DNA from: Alphaproteobacteria bacterium
Lineage (GTDB): Bacteria > Pseudomonadota > Alphaproteobacteria > GCA-2731375
Length of the DNA: 64,000 nucleotides
Assembly: GCA_965232515.1 (NCBI GenBank)
Contig: CBDDPY010000002.1
Span: 832,001-896,000 of the forward strand
Direction: 5' to 3'
Below, piece by piece: positions 48,261-59,003 of the stretch (its first letter is position 1; every line of letters starts with the position of its first letter). The translations under genes were made by a program, and so were the position numbers. The notes under the pieces were generated by a model. It was not told where the DNA came from and did not search any database. It saw nothing but the letters and a program-made list of their open reading frames with translations.

Positions 48261-49023
48261 TGGGCGCATCGCGTTGGATTACCGCGCCGAAGAGCTGCTG
48301 ATCTGCACCGTCGCCGACCTGTTGGCGGGCGTGCGGCATATCGCCGTCGGCGTGTCTTCGCCGATCCCGGGTTCGGCCGCGTTGCTGACACGCGAGCTGT
48401 CGGGCGGCAAGACCAAGGTATCCGTGCTGAACAGCGACAATCTGCAGTTCTGGACCGATGGCGGGGTCGAGATCTTCGACTGCGCCGGGCAGGGACGGAT
48501 CGACGCCTTCTTCCTGGGCGGCGGTCAGATCGACGGTCAGGCGAACATCAACCTGGTCGGCGTCGGCGACTACCCCCAACAGAAGGTCCGCTGGTCCGGC
48601 TCGTTCGGGTCGGCCTACCTCTACTATCTGGTGCCGCGGGTGATCCTGTTCCGCGAGGAACATACGCGCCGGGTCATGGTGGATAAGGTCGATTTCGTTT
48701 CCGCGCCTGGCAGCTCGCCCGACAACGTGCATCGGCCGGGCGGCCCGTACGCCATGGTCACGGGCCTTTGTGTCTTCGATTTCGACAAGGAGGGGCGCCG
48801 GTTCCGCCTCAAATCCGTGCATCCCGGCCATACGGTCGAGGAGGTGCGCGACCATACCGGCTTCGATTTCGATGCACCGGAGACGGTGCCGGAAACGCCG
48901 GCACCCACGGCGGAGCTGCTGGACCTGATCCGCAACAAGATCAGCCATCGCATCGCCGACCCCTATCCGAAGTTCGCCGCCGAGGTCTTTGGCGTCGGCG
49001 CCCCGGCCGCGCAGGCTGGCTAA
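48244..49023 (+). CDS. Family I CoA-transferase subunit B
   Basis: FFLGGGQIDGQANINL, GSFGS, SVHPG. Start may be TTG 48274. Confidence 0.88.
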   Translation: MSPPSNGRIALDYRAEELLICTVADLLAGVRHIAVGVSSPIPGSAALLTRELSGGKTKVSVLNSDNLQFWTDGGVEIFDCAGQGRIDAFFLGGGQIDGQANINLVGVGDYPQQKVRWSGSFGSAYLYYLVPRVILFREEHTRRVMVDKVDFVSAPGSSPDNVHRPGGPYAMVTGLCVFDFDKEGRRFRLKSVHPGHTVEEVRDHTGFDFDAPETVPETPAPTAELLDLIRNKISHRIADPYPKFAAEVFGVGAPAAQAG

Positions 49024-49051
49024 CAACCGCAAGACAAACGGAATCACATTC

Positions 49052-50266
49052 ATGAGCGATACTGCCCGGTCCGGCGCGCTCGCCGGCTTCAAGGTCATCG
49101 ATCTGACGCGCGTGCTGGGCGGTCCGTACTGCACGCAGATCCTGTCCGACTATGGCGCCGAGGTGATCAAGATCGAGCCGCCGCAGGGCGACGAGGTGCG
49201 CGACTGGGGCCCGCCGTTCAAGGACGGTCTCTCGGCCTACTTCGCCGGCGTCAACCGCAACAAACGTTCGGTCGCGCTCGACCTGCGGCAGGAGGCGGGC
49301 CGCGAAGTGCTGGTGCGGCTGCTCGAGGACGCTGACGTGCTGATCGAAAACTTCAAGACCGGCACGCTGGCGAAGTGGGGCCTCGGCTACGAAGAGGTCC
49401 TGGCCGAACGCTTTCCACGACTGATCTATTGCACGATCACCGGCTTCGGCGTCGATGGCCCGTTCGGCGGATTTCCCGGTTACGACGCCGTGGTGCAGGC
49501 GCTGGCCGGCGATATCTCGATCAACGGCTCGCCCGAGTCAGGCTCGATCCGCATCGGCACGCCCCTGGTCGATCTCGGCACCGGCCTCTACGCCGCGATC
49601 GGCATCCTGGCGGCGGCCGAGGAGCGCCGTCGTTCCGGCAAGGGACAACGCGTGGACGCGACGCTGTTCGACACCGGCATCGCGCTCTTGCATCCGCACG
49701 CGGCGAACTACTTCATGTCGGGCAAGGCGCCGACGCTGACCGGCAACTCGCATCCCAACATCTCGCCCTACGACCAGTACTCGACCAAGAAGGGCAACAT
49801 CTTCCTCGGCATCGGCAACGACCGGCAATTCCGCATCCTGTGCGAGGAACTGGGCAAGCCGGAACTGACGCAGGATGCCCGCTTCCTGCACAACCCCGAG
49901 CGGGTCGTGAACCGCGCCGCGCTGAATGCGGAGTTGACGGCGCTGCTGGCCGATCACGAAGCCGAGGACATCTCGAGCCGGCTGCTTGCGCGCGGCGCGC
50001 CGGCCGGCGCCGTCTTGACCGTGCCCGAGGTGATGGAGCATCCCCATACGGCGGCACGCGAGATGACCGTCGAGCTCGACGGTTATCGCGGCACGGGCAT
50101 GGCCCTGAAGTTCGGCCGCACGCCGGGCGGCGTGCAGGGCAAACCGCCGCTGTTCGGCACGTCGACGCGCGACGTGCTGGCCGAGGCCGGCTACAGCGCG
50201 GCCGAGATCGACGAGATGTTCACCAGCGGCATCGCGCTCGACGAACGGCAGAAGCCGCCGGCTTAG
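49052..50266 (+). CDS. CaiB/BaiF family III CoA-transferase
   Basis: DLTRVLGGP, NRNKRS, ENFK, GYDAVVQA. Confidence 0.92.
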   Translation: MSDTARSGALAGFKVIDLTRVLGGPYCTQILSDYGAEVIKIEPPQGDEVRDWGPPFKDGLSAYFAGVNRNKRSVALDLRQEAGREVLVRLLEDADVLIENFKTGTLAKWGLGYEEVLAERFPRLIYCTITGFGVDGPFGGFPGYDAVVQALAGDISINGSPESGSIRIGTPLVDLGTGLYAAIGILAAAEERRRSGKGQRVDATLFDTGIALLHPHAANYFMSGKAPTLTGNSHPNISPYDQYSTKKGNIFLGIGNDRQFRILCEELGKPELTQDARFLHNPERVVNRAALNAELTALLADHEAEDISSRLLARGAPAGAVLTVPEVMEHPHTAAREMTVELDGYRGTGMALKFGRTPGGVQGKPPLFGTSTRDVLAEAGYSAAEIDEMFTSGIALDERQKPPA

Positions 50267-50269
50267 CGG

Positions 50270-51262
50270 CTAAGCGGCGTCGAGCGCGTCGCAGAAAGTC
50301 CCCGGATCGACGTTGCCGCCGGACGCCACGGCACAGACGGTCTTGCCCCGGCAGTCGAACTGACCGCTCAAGGCCGCCGCGACCGCGACCGCTCCACCGG
50401 GTTCGGCCACCAGCTTCAGGTGTGTGAACAGCGCCCGCATCGCCGCGGCCGCCTCGCCGTCGTCAACCACCAAACCGCTCGTGACCAGCCGGCTGTTGAT
50501 GGCGAAGGTCAGCTCGCCGGGCCGTGGCGCCAGCAGTGCATCGCAGAAGCTGGATGCGTCGGAATCGATGTCGAGCCGCTCGCGGGCGGCAAGCGAGCGG
50601 GCGGTATCGTCGAACCCCGCCGGCTCCACCGTGTGGATCGCGCAATCCGGCAGTTGCGTCGAAACCGCCGTGGCGACACCCGCCGTCAGGCCGCCGCCAC
50701 CACAGGGCACCAGGACCGCATCCGGTTTCGCACTGCACTCCGCGGCCTGCGCCAGCAGTTCCAGGCCCGCCGTGCCCTGGCCGGCGATAATGTGGGGATC
50801 GTCGTAAGGCGGCACCAGCGTGCCGCCGCGCACCGACATGATCTCGGCCGCGATAGTCTCGCGGGCGTCGTGGTCGCTGCGGTCGTAAGTGACGATCTCG
50901 GCGCCCCAGCGCTCGGTGCCTTCGCGCTTTACCCGCGGCGCATCGTCCGGCATCACGATCACGGCCGGCGCTCCGGCCAGATGCGCCGCCGCGGCGACGC
51001 CCTGCGCATGGTTCCCGGACGAGAACGCGATCACGCCGGCCTGACGGGCCGCCGCATCGAGCCGGCTGATGCGGTTATAGGCGCCGCGGAACTTGAACGA
51101 GCCGGTGACCTGCAGCATCTCGGCCTTGATCAGCAGACGGCCGCCGACCAGGTCGTTCAGGGCCGCCGACTCAAGCAGCGGCGTTCGTGTCGCGACGCCG
51201 TTCACGCGGGCCGCGGCGTCCACCACGTCGTCAATACCGGGTACGTGACTAATGGGCGCCAT
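50270..51262 (-). CDS. PLP-dependent threonine/serine dehydratase
   Basis: GSFKFRGA, SSGNHAQG, GGGGL, SGGN. Confidence 0.9.
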   Translation of the reverse strand: MAPISHVPGIDDVVDAAARVNGVATRTPLLESAALNDLVGGRLLIKAEMLQVTGSFKFRGAYNRISRLDAAARQAGVIAFSSGNHAQGVAAAAHLAGAPAVIVMPDDAPRVKREGTERWGAEIVTYDRSDHDARETIAAEIMSVRGGTLVPPYDDPHIIAGQGTAGLELLAQAAECSAKPDAVLVPCGGGGLTAGVATAVSTQLPDCAIHTVEPAGFDDTARSLAARERLDIDSDASSFCDALLAPRPGELTFAINSRLVTSGLVVDDGEAAAAMRALFTHLKLVAEPGGAVAVAAALSGQFDCRGKTVCAVASGGNVDPGTFCDALDAA

Positions 51263-52124
51263 GGCCGTATCGCTCCAAGAAATCGTCGATCGCGGCAACG
51301 CATTCCGGCTCGTCCAACAGCGGCACGTGGCCGCGGTTGGGCACGCTGACGCGGATCAGATCGGCATGCATGTCCGCCATCTTGTCGAATGTTTCCTCGC
51401 TCAGGATATCGGTCAGCGCGCCGCGGATGGCCAGCAGCGGCACATGCGCCAGCGAGCGGAAATAGGGCCAGAGATCCGTCGGCGCCTTCGCCTGCGCCAG
51501 CAGCGCCTTGCTGAGGTTCAGGTCGTAGTCGAGCCGAAGGTGACCATGCTCGCCGTTGACGAAGGTGCGTTTGGCGTAGGCATGCCAATCGTCGTCGCTC
51601 AGGTCGGGGTAGGCGGGATGGAACATCTGCTTGAGCTGTTCGGCCGCGCCGTCGAAATTCGTGATCGGCACCGAGGTGCCGACATAGCCGGTGATCCGGG
51701 CAATGCCGCGCGGATCGATCTCCGGTCCGATATCGTTCAAGATCACGCCGGCGAGCGCCGTCGGCCGCACCGCGCCCATGACCATCGCCAGAATGCCGCC
51801 GAGCGACGTGCCGACGACGATCACGCGGTGGCAGTTCGTGACCGCCAGCAGGTGCACGATGTCCATCACATAGGTCGGCGGCACATAGTTCATGTGGTCG
51901 GGGTCATAGTCCGACCGGCCACGGCCCCGGTAGTCCATGGTGAGCACCCGCCGCCGGCCCGACAGGCGCTGCGCGAAGTCGTGAAAGTCGGTCGAGTTTC
52001 GGGTCAGGCCGGTCAGGCACAACAACGGGGTCGCCGACGACAACGGATCGCCGTAATCGCGGTAATAGATCCCGATATTGTCCTGCGAGGTGAAACGCCC
52101 CTCGCGGTAGCCGGCCTCGGACAT
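51249..52124 (-). CDS. Alpha/beta hydrolase
   Basis: GLTRN, RGRGRS, GTSLGG nucleophile elbow, GHVP. Confidence 0.9.
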   Translation of the reverse strand: MSEAGYREGRFTSQDNIGIYYRDYGDPLSSATPLLCLTGLTRNSTDFHDFAQRLSGRRRVLTMDYRGRGRSDYDPDHMNYVPPTYVMDIVHLLAVTNCHRVIVVGTSLGGILAMVMGAVRPTALAGVILNDIGPEIDPRGIARITGYVGTSVPITNFDGAAEQLKQMFHPAYPDLSDDDWHAYAKRTFVNGEHGHLRLDYDLNLSKALLAQAKAPTDLWPYFRSLAHVPLLAIRGALTDILSEETFDKMADMHADLIRVSVPNRGHVPLLDEPECVAAIDDFLERYGHGAH

Positions 52125-52813
52125 CAGGCGGCGCCGACCACGACCGGCAGGTTGTCGAGCGACTCGAGCATAACGTCCGGTTGGCCCGGCAGGCGCTCCA
52201 CGGCCTGGCCGAACCGGTTCACCCAGACAACCTTGAAGCCGAACGCCGATGCGCCATGGGCATCCCAGGCATTCGACGACTGGAACGACACTTGTTCTGG
52301 TGTGACCCCCAGCAGCCGCTCGACCTCGGCATAGACCACGGACGACGGCTTGTAGATACGCAACGGGTCGACCGAGATCACGGCGTCGAGATGTTCGGCG
52401 ATGCCGGCATTCTCGACCGCCGATTGCAGCATGTCCGGCGAGCCGTTCGACAGAATGGCGGTCTTCATCCCGGCCTGCTTCAACGTCGCCAGCACCTCAG
52501 GCACTTCCGGATAGGCGTCGAGCTGCAGGTAGAGGTCCATCAGCCGTTGGCGCAGCGCCGTGTCTTCGATACCGAGGTTGGCCATGGCGAAATCCAGCGC
52601 ATCGCCGGTGATCTGCCAGAAGTCCACATAGTCGGCCATCAGGCTGCGCAGCCAGGTGTATTGCAGCTGCCGCCCGCGCCAGAGCTCGGCCAGCGGCTGC
52701 CATTTGTCCCCCAGATCGGCGCTGCAATGACCGGCCGCCGCATTGACGTCGAACAGCGTGCCGTAGGCGTCGAAGACGCAGGCCTGAACGTTTTCCAATC
52801 GCGCTGATGACAT
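52124..52813 (-). CDS. Haloacid dehalogenase type II
   Basis: FDAYGTLFD, LSNG, YKP, SSNAWD. Confidence 0.92.
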   Translation of the reverse strand: MSSARLENVQACVFDAYGTLFDVNAAAGHCSADLGDKWQPLAELWRGRQLQYTWLRSLMADYVDFWQITGDALDFAMANLGIEDTALRQRLMDLYLQLDAYPEVPEVLATLKQAGMKTAILSNGSPDMLQSAVENAGIAEHLDAVISVDPLRIYKPSSVVYAEVERLLGVTPEQVSFQSSNAWDAHGASAFGFKVVWVNRFGQAVERLPGQPDVMLESLDNLPVVVGAA

Positions 52814-52886
52814 CGGGCGCTCCGGGGCAGTCGGCGGGCTGGCTAGACTATCTTAAGCGCGCGAGACGCGCCAACGCAGAAGCCGA

Positions 52887-54923
52887 TCAGGTACCGGGCT
52901 TTTGCATGGCCGTGCGGTTGAGATCCGCGAGCAACGAAAGCTGCACCGGCGCCTCGGCCAGACGATGCCGATAGACCTGCAGGGACTCGAGAACCCGCTG
53001 CACGTAGTTGCGCGTTTCGGCCAATGGGATCTGCTCGATCCAATCGATTGTGTCGACCTCTGGCCGCCTCGGGTCGCCGAAGTCGCGGATCCAACGGCGC
53101 ACGCGTGACGAGCCCGCATTGTAGGCCGCGACCGCCATCACATAGGAGCCGTCATAGGCACGCAGCAACCGGTTGAGGTGGGCGGCGCCCAGCCTGATGT
53201 TGTAGACGGGGTCCCGCGTCAGCTTGGACCGCTTGTAGGGAAGCCGCAGCGACTTGGCCTCCGAGCGCGCGGTCCGCGGCATCAGCTGCATCAGGCCCCG
53301 AGCGCCGGCGGGGCTGACCGCCCGCGGATTGAATTCGCTTTCCTGCCGCGAGATGGCCAGCAGCAGGGCCTTCTCGGGGCCGACCTCCGGCAGCTCGATC
53401 ACCGGATAGGCGACGTCGATCAGTGTAATACCGTCGCGTGAGGCCCGTTTCGCGGCGCGGACGGAAAGGTGCGGCTGCCCCAGATCTTCGGCGAGGCGGC
53501 CGACCAGATGCCGTTCGGCCGGCGTGCCGGTGCTGTCCGCCAGATGCACGATGAACGGCCGCAGGTGCCGGTTTTGTCCCAACTCGCTCAAAATGCGCGT
53601 GGCCCGGACCAGCTCGAGGCCGTTGAAGGCCGCGATCTGTTTCGTCGTCGGAGAAGGATCCGTCGGCAGGCTGTCGGCCAGTTCGGTGTCACCCAGAATC
53701 TCGACCGCCAGCTGACCGTAGTAGGTCGTCGGGTTCTGCGCGGCCGCCCGATACCATTGCGCGGCCTTCTCGACCTGCTCCAATGCCGTCGCGGCGCGAC
53801 CGGCCCAATAAGCCGCACGGGACAGGCTGACCGGGAACTTGACGTTGTAGTAAAGACTGCTGAAATGCGCGTACGCCCGGTCCGGCTCGGCAATGAAACG
53901 CAGCGCGATCCAACCCGAAAGCCACTCGGCTTCGGCATAGGGGGCGCCGCCCGGCACCAGACCATGCTCGCTTGCCAGACGATACGCGGTGCGCGTTTCG
54001 CCGCGCGCCAGCATCTCGCGAACCTGAATACGGCGCTCGACCCACCAGCGCTCCGGCCGAGGTCCGACATTGTCGGCCAGGCCCAGGAGGATGTCGCGCG
54101 CGCGATCGTCCAGACCCTTGCGCCGGCGCCAGCGCGTGCGCTCGTAGGCGAGGCCGGGATGGTCCTTCAGGTGCGGCGGCACTTGGGCAATGTAGTCGTC
54201 AACCCCGCCGGCCCGCGCCATCAGGGACATGCGCGCCTTGGCCAGCAACCGCTGATCTTGCGGCAACAGGAACAGCAGCCGGTTGGCCGTCTGTCGCTTT
54301 CCGTCCCACAACAGCCGATCGACCCGGGCGATGTGGTCTTCCGAGGACAGGCGGGATTTATGCCGCTGATAGACATGGCGTGACAGCGACTGCGGCAGGT
54401 TGTCGTTGATCCAGGAATACCGCAACCACTCCTCGCCAACATCGGGCATGCCGCTTCGGATCATGGCCTCGGCGAGGCGGATGCGTCCATCGGGGCTGAG
54501 CGGCTGGCGGCCGACATACCAGGCCAGCAACTGTTCGTCGGGCACCCGATCGGAGAGCGCCTCTTCGGCACGTCGCTGGAGCCGCCGCAGCTCCGGCCAA
54601 TGCGGATTGGCGTCGATGAAGCCGCTGATTTCGCCGAAGGATGCGCGGTTCTGAGGCTCGCGATAATAGAGCCAGTCGATGATCTTCGCGGGCAGGGGAT
54701 TGTTCGCATTGGCGCCGGCACGACGCGCATTGGACCAGCGACGTTTTTCCGCCGCCCTGAATGCCTTGATATAGACCGATTTGTCTTTGTCGCTGAGGCC
54801 CGTAACCGGCGCGGTATCTTCGACGCCCGGCGCCGGCGATGCCGCCTGTGCCGGCGAGCGAAGTGTCAGCGCCGCGGCGACCGCCACAGCCGAGACAAAT
54901 ACGAAACGTGCGGTCGCCTTCAT
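52887..54923 (-). CDS. slt: Soluble lytic transglycosylase (Slt70-like)
   Basis: RQESEF, GLMQLMP, AYNAG, ETRNYV. Confidence 0.92.
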   Translation of the reverse strand: MKATARFVFVSAVAVAAALTLRSPAQAASPAPGVEDTAPVTGLSDKDKSVYIKAFRAAEKRRWSNARRAGANANNPLPAKIIDWLYYREPQNRASFGEISGFIDANPHWPELRRLQRRAEEALSDRVPDEQLLAWYVGRQPLSPDGRIRLAEAMIRSGMPDVGEEWLRYSWINDNLPQSLSRHVYQRHKSRLSSEDHIARVDRLLWDGKRQTANRLLFLLPQDQRLLAKARMSLMARAGGVDDYIAQVPPHLKDHPGLAYERTRWRRRKGLDDRARDILLGLADNVGPRPERWWVERRIQVREMLARGETRTAYRLASEHGLVPGGAPYAEAEWLSGWIALRFIAEPDRAYAHFSSLYYNVKFPVSLSRAAYWAGRAATALEQVEKAAQWYRAAAQNPTTYYGQLAVEILGDTELADSLPTDPSPTTKQIAAFNGLELVRATRILSELGQNRHLRPFIVHLADSTGTPAERHLVGRLAEDLGQPHLSVRAAKRASRDGITLIDVAYPVIELPEVGPEKALLLAISRQESEFNPRAVSPAGARGLMQLMPRTARSEAKSLRLPYKRSKLTRDPVYNIRLGAAHLNRLLRAYDGSYVMAVAAYNAGSSRVRRWIRDFGDPRRPEVDTIDWIEQIPLAETRNYVQRVLESLQVYRHRLAEAPVQLSLLADLNRTAMQKPGT

Positions 54924-55086
54924 AACACCTGCCCAAGAACCTTAATCGATATTAACGATGCGCCTGCTACGCTCGCAAGCCGGCATCTGGCCCGCATGCG
55001 GCCGGCAAGTCCGCTTGCCGCGCGAGAATGCAGGGGCTATGGTCCGCGCAAAGGCTTATAATCGCCTTAACCCTAAGGAGAGCGCC

Positions 55087-55962
55087 ATGTTCAGGGGATC
55101 GATCGTCGCCCTAATCACGCCGTTTCGCGATGGCCAGGTGGACGAGGACGCCCTGCGCAAACTTGTGGATTGGCACCTGAAGGAGGGCACGCACGGCATC
55201 GTGCCCTGCGGCACGACCGGAGAATCGCCGACACTAAGCCACGAGGAGCACAACCGGGTCACCGAAATCGTGATCGAGCAGGTGGCCGGGCGGGTGCCGG
55301 TGATCGCCGGCGCAGGCTCCAACAACACCATCGAGGCGATCGAGCTGACCCGGCACGCCAAGGAAGCCGGCGCCGACGCCGCGCTGCACGTCACCGGCTA
55401 CTACAACAAGCCGAGCCAGGAAGGGCAGTACCAGCACTTCAAGGCGATCCACGACGCGGTCGACCTGCCGATCATCGTCTACAACATCCCGCCGCGGGCG
55501 ATCGTCGGGGTCGATCCCGACACCATGGCGCGTCTCGCCGAGCTGCCGCGCATCGTCGGCGTCAAGGACGCGACGGCCGATCTGTCGCGGCCGAGCAAGG
55601 AACGCATGATGATCAAGGGCGATTGGGTTCAGCTCTCGGGCGAGGATCCGACCGCGCTCGGCTACATGGCCCATGGCGGCGATGGCTGCATTTCGGTCTC
55701 CGCGAACGTGGCGCCCCGGCTCTGCGCCGAGTTCCAGGAGGCCTGCATGGCCGGCGATTACGCCAAGGCGCGGGAGTACCAGGATCGGTTGATGCCGCTG
55801 CATATCGCGCTGTTCCTGGAGCCGAGCCCAACGATGACCAAGTATGCCGTCAGCCTGCTCGGCCTGTGCGCCAACGAGCTGCGCCTGCCGCTGGTGCCGG
55901 GAACGCCGCCTTCGCAGGAACGGGTCAAGGACGCGATGCGACATGCCGGCCTGCTGGACTGA
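55087..55962 (+). CDS. dapA: 4-hydroxy-tetrahydrodipicolinate synthase
   Basis: ALITPF, GTTGES, YYNKP, GVKDAT; AAGGAG SD. Confidence 0.95.
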   Translation: MFRGSIVALITPFRDGQVDEDALRKLVDWHLKEGTHGIVPCGTTGESPTLSHEEHNRVTEIVIEQVAGRVPVIAGAGSNNTIEAIELTRHAKEAGADAALHVTGYYNKPSQEGQYQHFKAIHDAVDLPIIVYNIPPRAIVGVDPDTMARLAELPRIVGVKDATADLSRPSKERMMIKGDWVQLSGEDPTALGYMAHGGDGCISVSANVAPRLCAEFQEACMAGDYAKAREYQDRLMPLHIALFLEPSPTMTKYAVSLLGLCANELRLPLVPGTPPSQERVKDAMRHAGLLD

Positions 55963-55972
55963 TCCGGACTGA

Positions 55973-56431
55973 ATGGCCGAGTACCGAGTCGTCGCGGAAA
56001 ACCGCAAGGCCCGCTTCAACTACTTCATCGACGAGACGCTGGAGGCGGGCATCATGCTCGCCGGCACCGAGGTGAAGTCGCTGCGCGAAGGCCGGGCCGA
56101 TATCAGCGAGAGCTACGCCGCCGACCAGGACGGCGAGCTGTTTCTGGTCAACGCCTACATTCCGGAATACAAGGCGGGGAACCGCTACAACCACGAGACC
56201 CGCCGACCGCGCAAGCTGCTGCTGCACAAGCGCGAGATCAACAAGCTGGCCGGCGGCATCAAGCGCGCCGGCACGACCGTGGTGGCGCTGAAGATCTATT
56301 TCAACGAACGCGGCAAGGCGAAAGTGCTGCTGGGCCTCGCCCGCGGCAAGCGCCAGCACGACAAGCGCGCGACGATCAAGGATCGTGACTGGAAACGCGA
56401 CCAGGCCCGCCTGATGCGCGAGCGCGGCTAG
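55973..56431 (+). CDS. smpB: SsrA-binding protein
   Basis: [29 protein letters not shown]. Confidence 0.98.
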   Translation: MAEYRVVAENRKARFNYFIDETLEAGIMLAGTEVKSLREGRADISESYAADQDGELFLVNAYIPEYKAGNRYNHETRRPRKLLLHKREINKLAGGIKRAGTTVVALKIYFNERGKAKVLLGLARGKRQHDKRATIKDRDWKRDQARLMRERG

Positions 56432-57075
56432 TCCAGGTCGCTCCGGATCGCGGCGAACACGGATTCGAACATCTCCGGCGTCAGACGGCCCGTGTTCGTG
56501 TTGTAGCGTGAGCAATGGTAGCTGTCATAAAGCGCCGTGCCGTCCGGCAGCGCATGCTTGGCGCCGTGCGCGAACGGATAGTCCGCGCGACGCGCGCCAA
56601 CGGTCGTCAGCAAGGACTCGTGGGCGACCCGGCCCAGGACCAGGATCGCCGCAAGCTGGGGCAGGGCATCGATCTCGGCGGACAGAAACGGCCGGCAAGA
56701 GCGGATTTCGGCGCCGATCGGCTTGTTCTGCGGCGGCAGACAGCGCACGGCGTTGGTGATCCGGCAGTCGCGCAGCGTCAGGCCATCGTCGGGACGCTTA
56801 TCGTATTGTCCGCTGGCGAAACCGAACTTGGTCAGTGTTGCGTACAACAGGTCGCCGGCATAATCACCGGTGAACGGCCGTCCAGTGCGGTTGGCGCCGC
56901 CCATGCCGGGCGCCAGACCGACGATAAGCAGTCGCGCGGCGGGCTCGCCGAACGAGGGGACAGGCGCGTTGAACCAGTCGGGCTGACGGGTACGCATCTC
57001 GTCGCGAAAGGCGACGAGGCGGGGGCAAAGCTGGCAGTCAGACGGCGGTGTACTGGCGCCGGCAGCGCCGGTCAT
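56428..57075 (-). CDS. Uracil-DNA glycosylase (Fe-S, family 5-like)
   Basis: [31 protein letters not shown]. Confidence 0.9.
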   Translation of the reverse strand: MTGAAGASTPPSDCQLCPRLVAFRDEMRTRQPDWFNAPVPSFGEPAARLLIVGLAPGMGGANRTGRPFTGDYAGDLLYATLTKFGFASGQYDKRPDDGLTLRDCRITNAVRCLPPQNKPIGAEIRSCRPFLSAEIDALPQLAAILVLGRVAHESLLTTVGARRADYPFAHGAKHALPDGTALYDSYHCSRYNTNTGRLTPEMFESVFAAIRSDLD

Positions 57076-57722
57076 GCCTGACGACGGACGTTGCCGCCGT
57101 CGTCGTAGTCATCCTCATAGTCGTCGTATTCGTCGTCGGCATATTCGTCGCCGGACGCCTGGACATTGGTTTCCTGCTGCTGCTGACGGAAGCTCGGATC
57201 GCGGCCGATAAACGGGATCAGTTCCTGCAGTTCCAGGAAGGTATCGGCCTGCCGCCGCAGTTCGTCGGCCACCATGGGGGGCGACGAGCGAACGGTGCTG
57301 ACCACGGTGAACCGACGGCCCTTCCGCTGAGCGGCTTCGACCAGGCGCCGGAAATCGCCATCGCCCGAGAACAGCACGATATGATCGACGCTGTCGGTCA
57401 TCTCCATGATGTCGACGGCGATCTCAATGTCCATATTGCCCTTGATCTTCCGCCGGCCCGAGGAGTCGGTGAATTCCTTGGTTGGCTTGGTGACCATGGT
57501 GTAGCCGTTATAATCCAGCCAATCGACCAGCGGCCGGATCGGAGAGTATTCCTGATCTTCGATCAATGCGGTGTAATAGAACGCCCGCACAAGCGTACCT
57601 TTTTTGGCAAATTCATCGAGCAACCTTTTGTAATCAATATCAAACCCGAGCGAACGCGCTGCGGCATACAGATTTGAACCGTCTATGAACAGGGCCAGAC
57701 GCTCGTGGGGATAAAATGCCAT
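57072..57722 (-). CDS. NYN domain (LabA/DUF88) protein
   Basis: FIDGSNLY, KGNMDIE, SGDGDF. Confidence 0.93.
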   Translation of the reverse strand: MAFYPHERLALFIDGSNLYAAARSLGFDIDYKRLLDEFAKKGTLVRAFYYTALIEDQEYSPIRPLVDWLDYNGYTMVTKPTKEFTDSSGRRKIKGNMDIEIAVDIMEMTDSVDHIVLFSGDGDFRRLVEAAQRKGRRFTVVSTVRSSPPMVADELRRQADTFLELQELIPFIGRDPSFRQQQQETNVQASGDEYADDEYDDYEDDYDDGGNVRRQA

Positions 57723-57882
57723 TTCAATGGGATCCTTATACAGTATTATCGCTGTGGAATATCCGCTTTGTCGTCGACGTGCAATAGTCTCCGACGATGC
57801 GCAGTTGCATTTATCCGCGCCGCATTCCTTGTGTACTTATGCGTTGAGCAGCTCCGTAACAAGGCTGGGGCCCGTACATCAG

Positions 57883-58395
57883 ATGATCCTAATCGGCCTA
57901 GGCGGCAATCTGAGCCCGCCCGGCCTTGCCTCACCCCAGGCCGGCCTCGCCACGGCCCTCGACCGGCTGTCGGTGCAGGGGGTCCGCACGCTGCGGCTGT
58001 CGCGCTGGTACCGCACAGCGCCCGTGCCGGTTTCCGACGCCCCATGGTTCGTCAACGCCGCCGCGGCGGTGGAAACGGACCTGCCGCCCGTTGCGCTGCT
58101 GGCCCGAATGCTGGCAGTCGAATTGAGCCTTGGCCGTCGGCGGTCAACCGAAGAGATCTCACGCACCGTCGACCTTGATCTGCTCGCCTATGACGACGAA
58201 GTGGGCGACTGGGCCGCAGCCGGCGCATTGCCGGCGCTGACATTGCCGCATCCACGCCTGGCCGAGCGCGCCTTCGTCCTCGCGCCGCTGGCCGACGTGG
58301 CGCCGGATTGGCGCCACCCGGCATCGCAGAGAACCGTATCGGAAATGCTGATGGCCCTGTCCGACCGGGACGGCGTCGAGCCGATGGCGGAATAG
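57883..58395 (+). CDS. folK: 6-hydroxymethyl-7,8-dihydropterin pyrophosphokinase
   Basis: [33 protein letters not shown]. Confidence 0.93.
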   Translation: MILIGLGGNLSPPGLASPQAGLATALDRLSVQGVRTLRLSRWYRTAPVPVSDAPWFVNAAAAVETDLPPVALLARMLAVELSLGRRRSTEEISRTVDLDLLAYDDEVGDWAAAGALPALTLPHPRLAERAFVLAPLADVAPDWRHPASQRTVSEMLMALSDRDGVEPMAE

Positions 58396-58508
58396 CCGGC
58401 GAAGGGGCCGGAAACGGCGCTGCTAGCGCTTGCCAACCCCGCGGCAAGCGCCTATTTATTGCGGTTAGCCTCGAATTCTTTAACTATTCCAAATCCGGAG
58501 ACTTCCGA

Positions 58509-58892
58509 ATGGCCCGCGTTACCGTCGAAGATTGCGTCGTCAAGGTGCCGAACCGTTTCGAGTTGGTGCTGATGGCGGCCAACCGCGCCCGCCAGATCTC
58601 GGCCGGCGACCAGCCGACGGTGATGGAGGACAACGACAAGAATCCCGTTATCGCACTGCGCGAAATCGCCGACGAGACCATCACGGCCGAAGACATGCGC
58701 GATACGGTGATCCGCGGTCTGCAGCGGCATGTCGAGGTCGACGAACCGGAAGACGACGACCTGTCGTCGCAGATGCTGGGCCAGCAACTCGCCGTCGGCA
58801 TGGCGGCGCAAGCCGAAATGGGTGCGTCCGGTGCATCCTCTGCCGCGCCGGCCGAAGAGACGGATGACGGCGGGGATGATCTGGCCGGCTGA
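58509..58892 (+). CDS. rpoZ: RNA polymerase omega subunit
   Basis: [27 protein letters not shown]. Confidence 0.97.
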   Translation: MARVTVEDCVVKVPNRFELVLMAANRARQISAGDQPTVMEDNDKNPVIALREIADETITAEDMRDTVIRGLQRHVEVDEPEDDDLSSQMLGQQLAVGMAAQAEMGASGASSAAPAEETDDGGDDLAG

Positions 58893-59003
58893 TCGAACGG
58901 ACCCACATCGCCTTAAGCATCGACACCCGGACCGGCGCCGTGTTTGGCGGCGCCGGTTTCGTTTGCGCGCCGGACGGCCGACCGGGACGGGAGTCGGCGA
59001 CCG

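Noticed and set aside
56428-57722. NYN nuclease plus uracil-DNA glycosylase as a defence system
   Set aside because: Usual conserved alphaproteobacterial neighbourhood between smpB and folK/rpoZ; the acidic NYN tail is ordinary low complexity.
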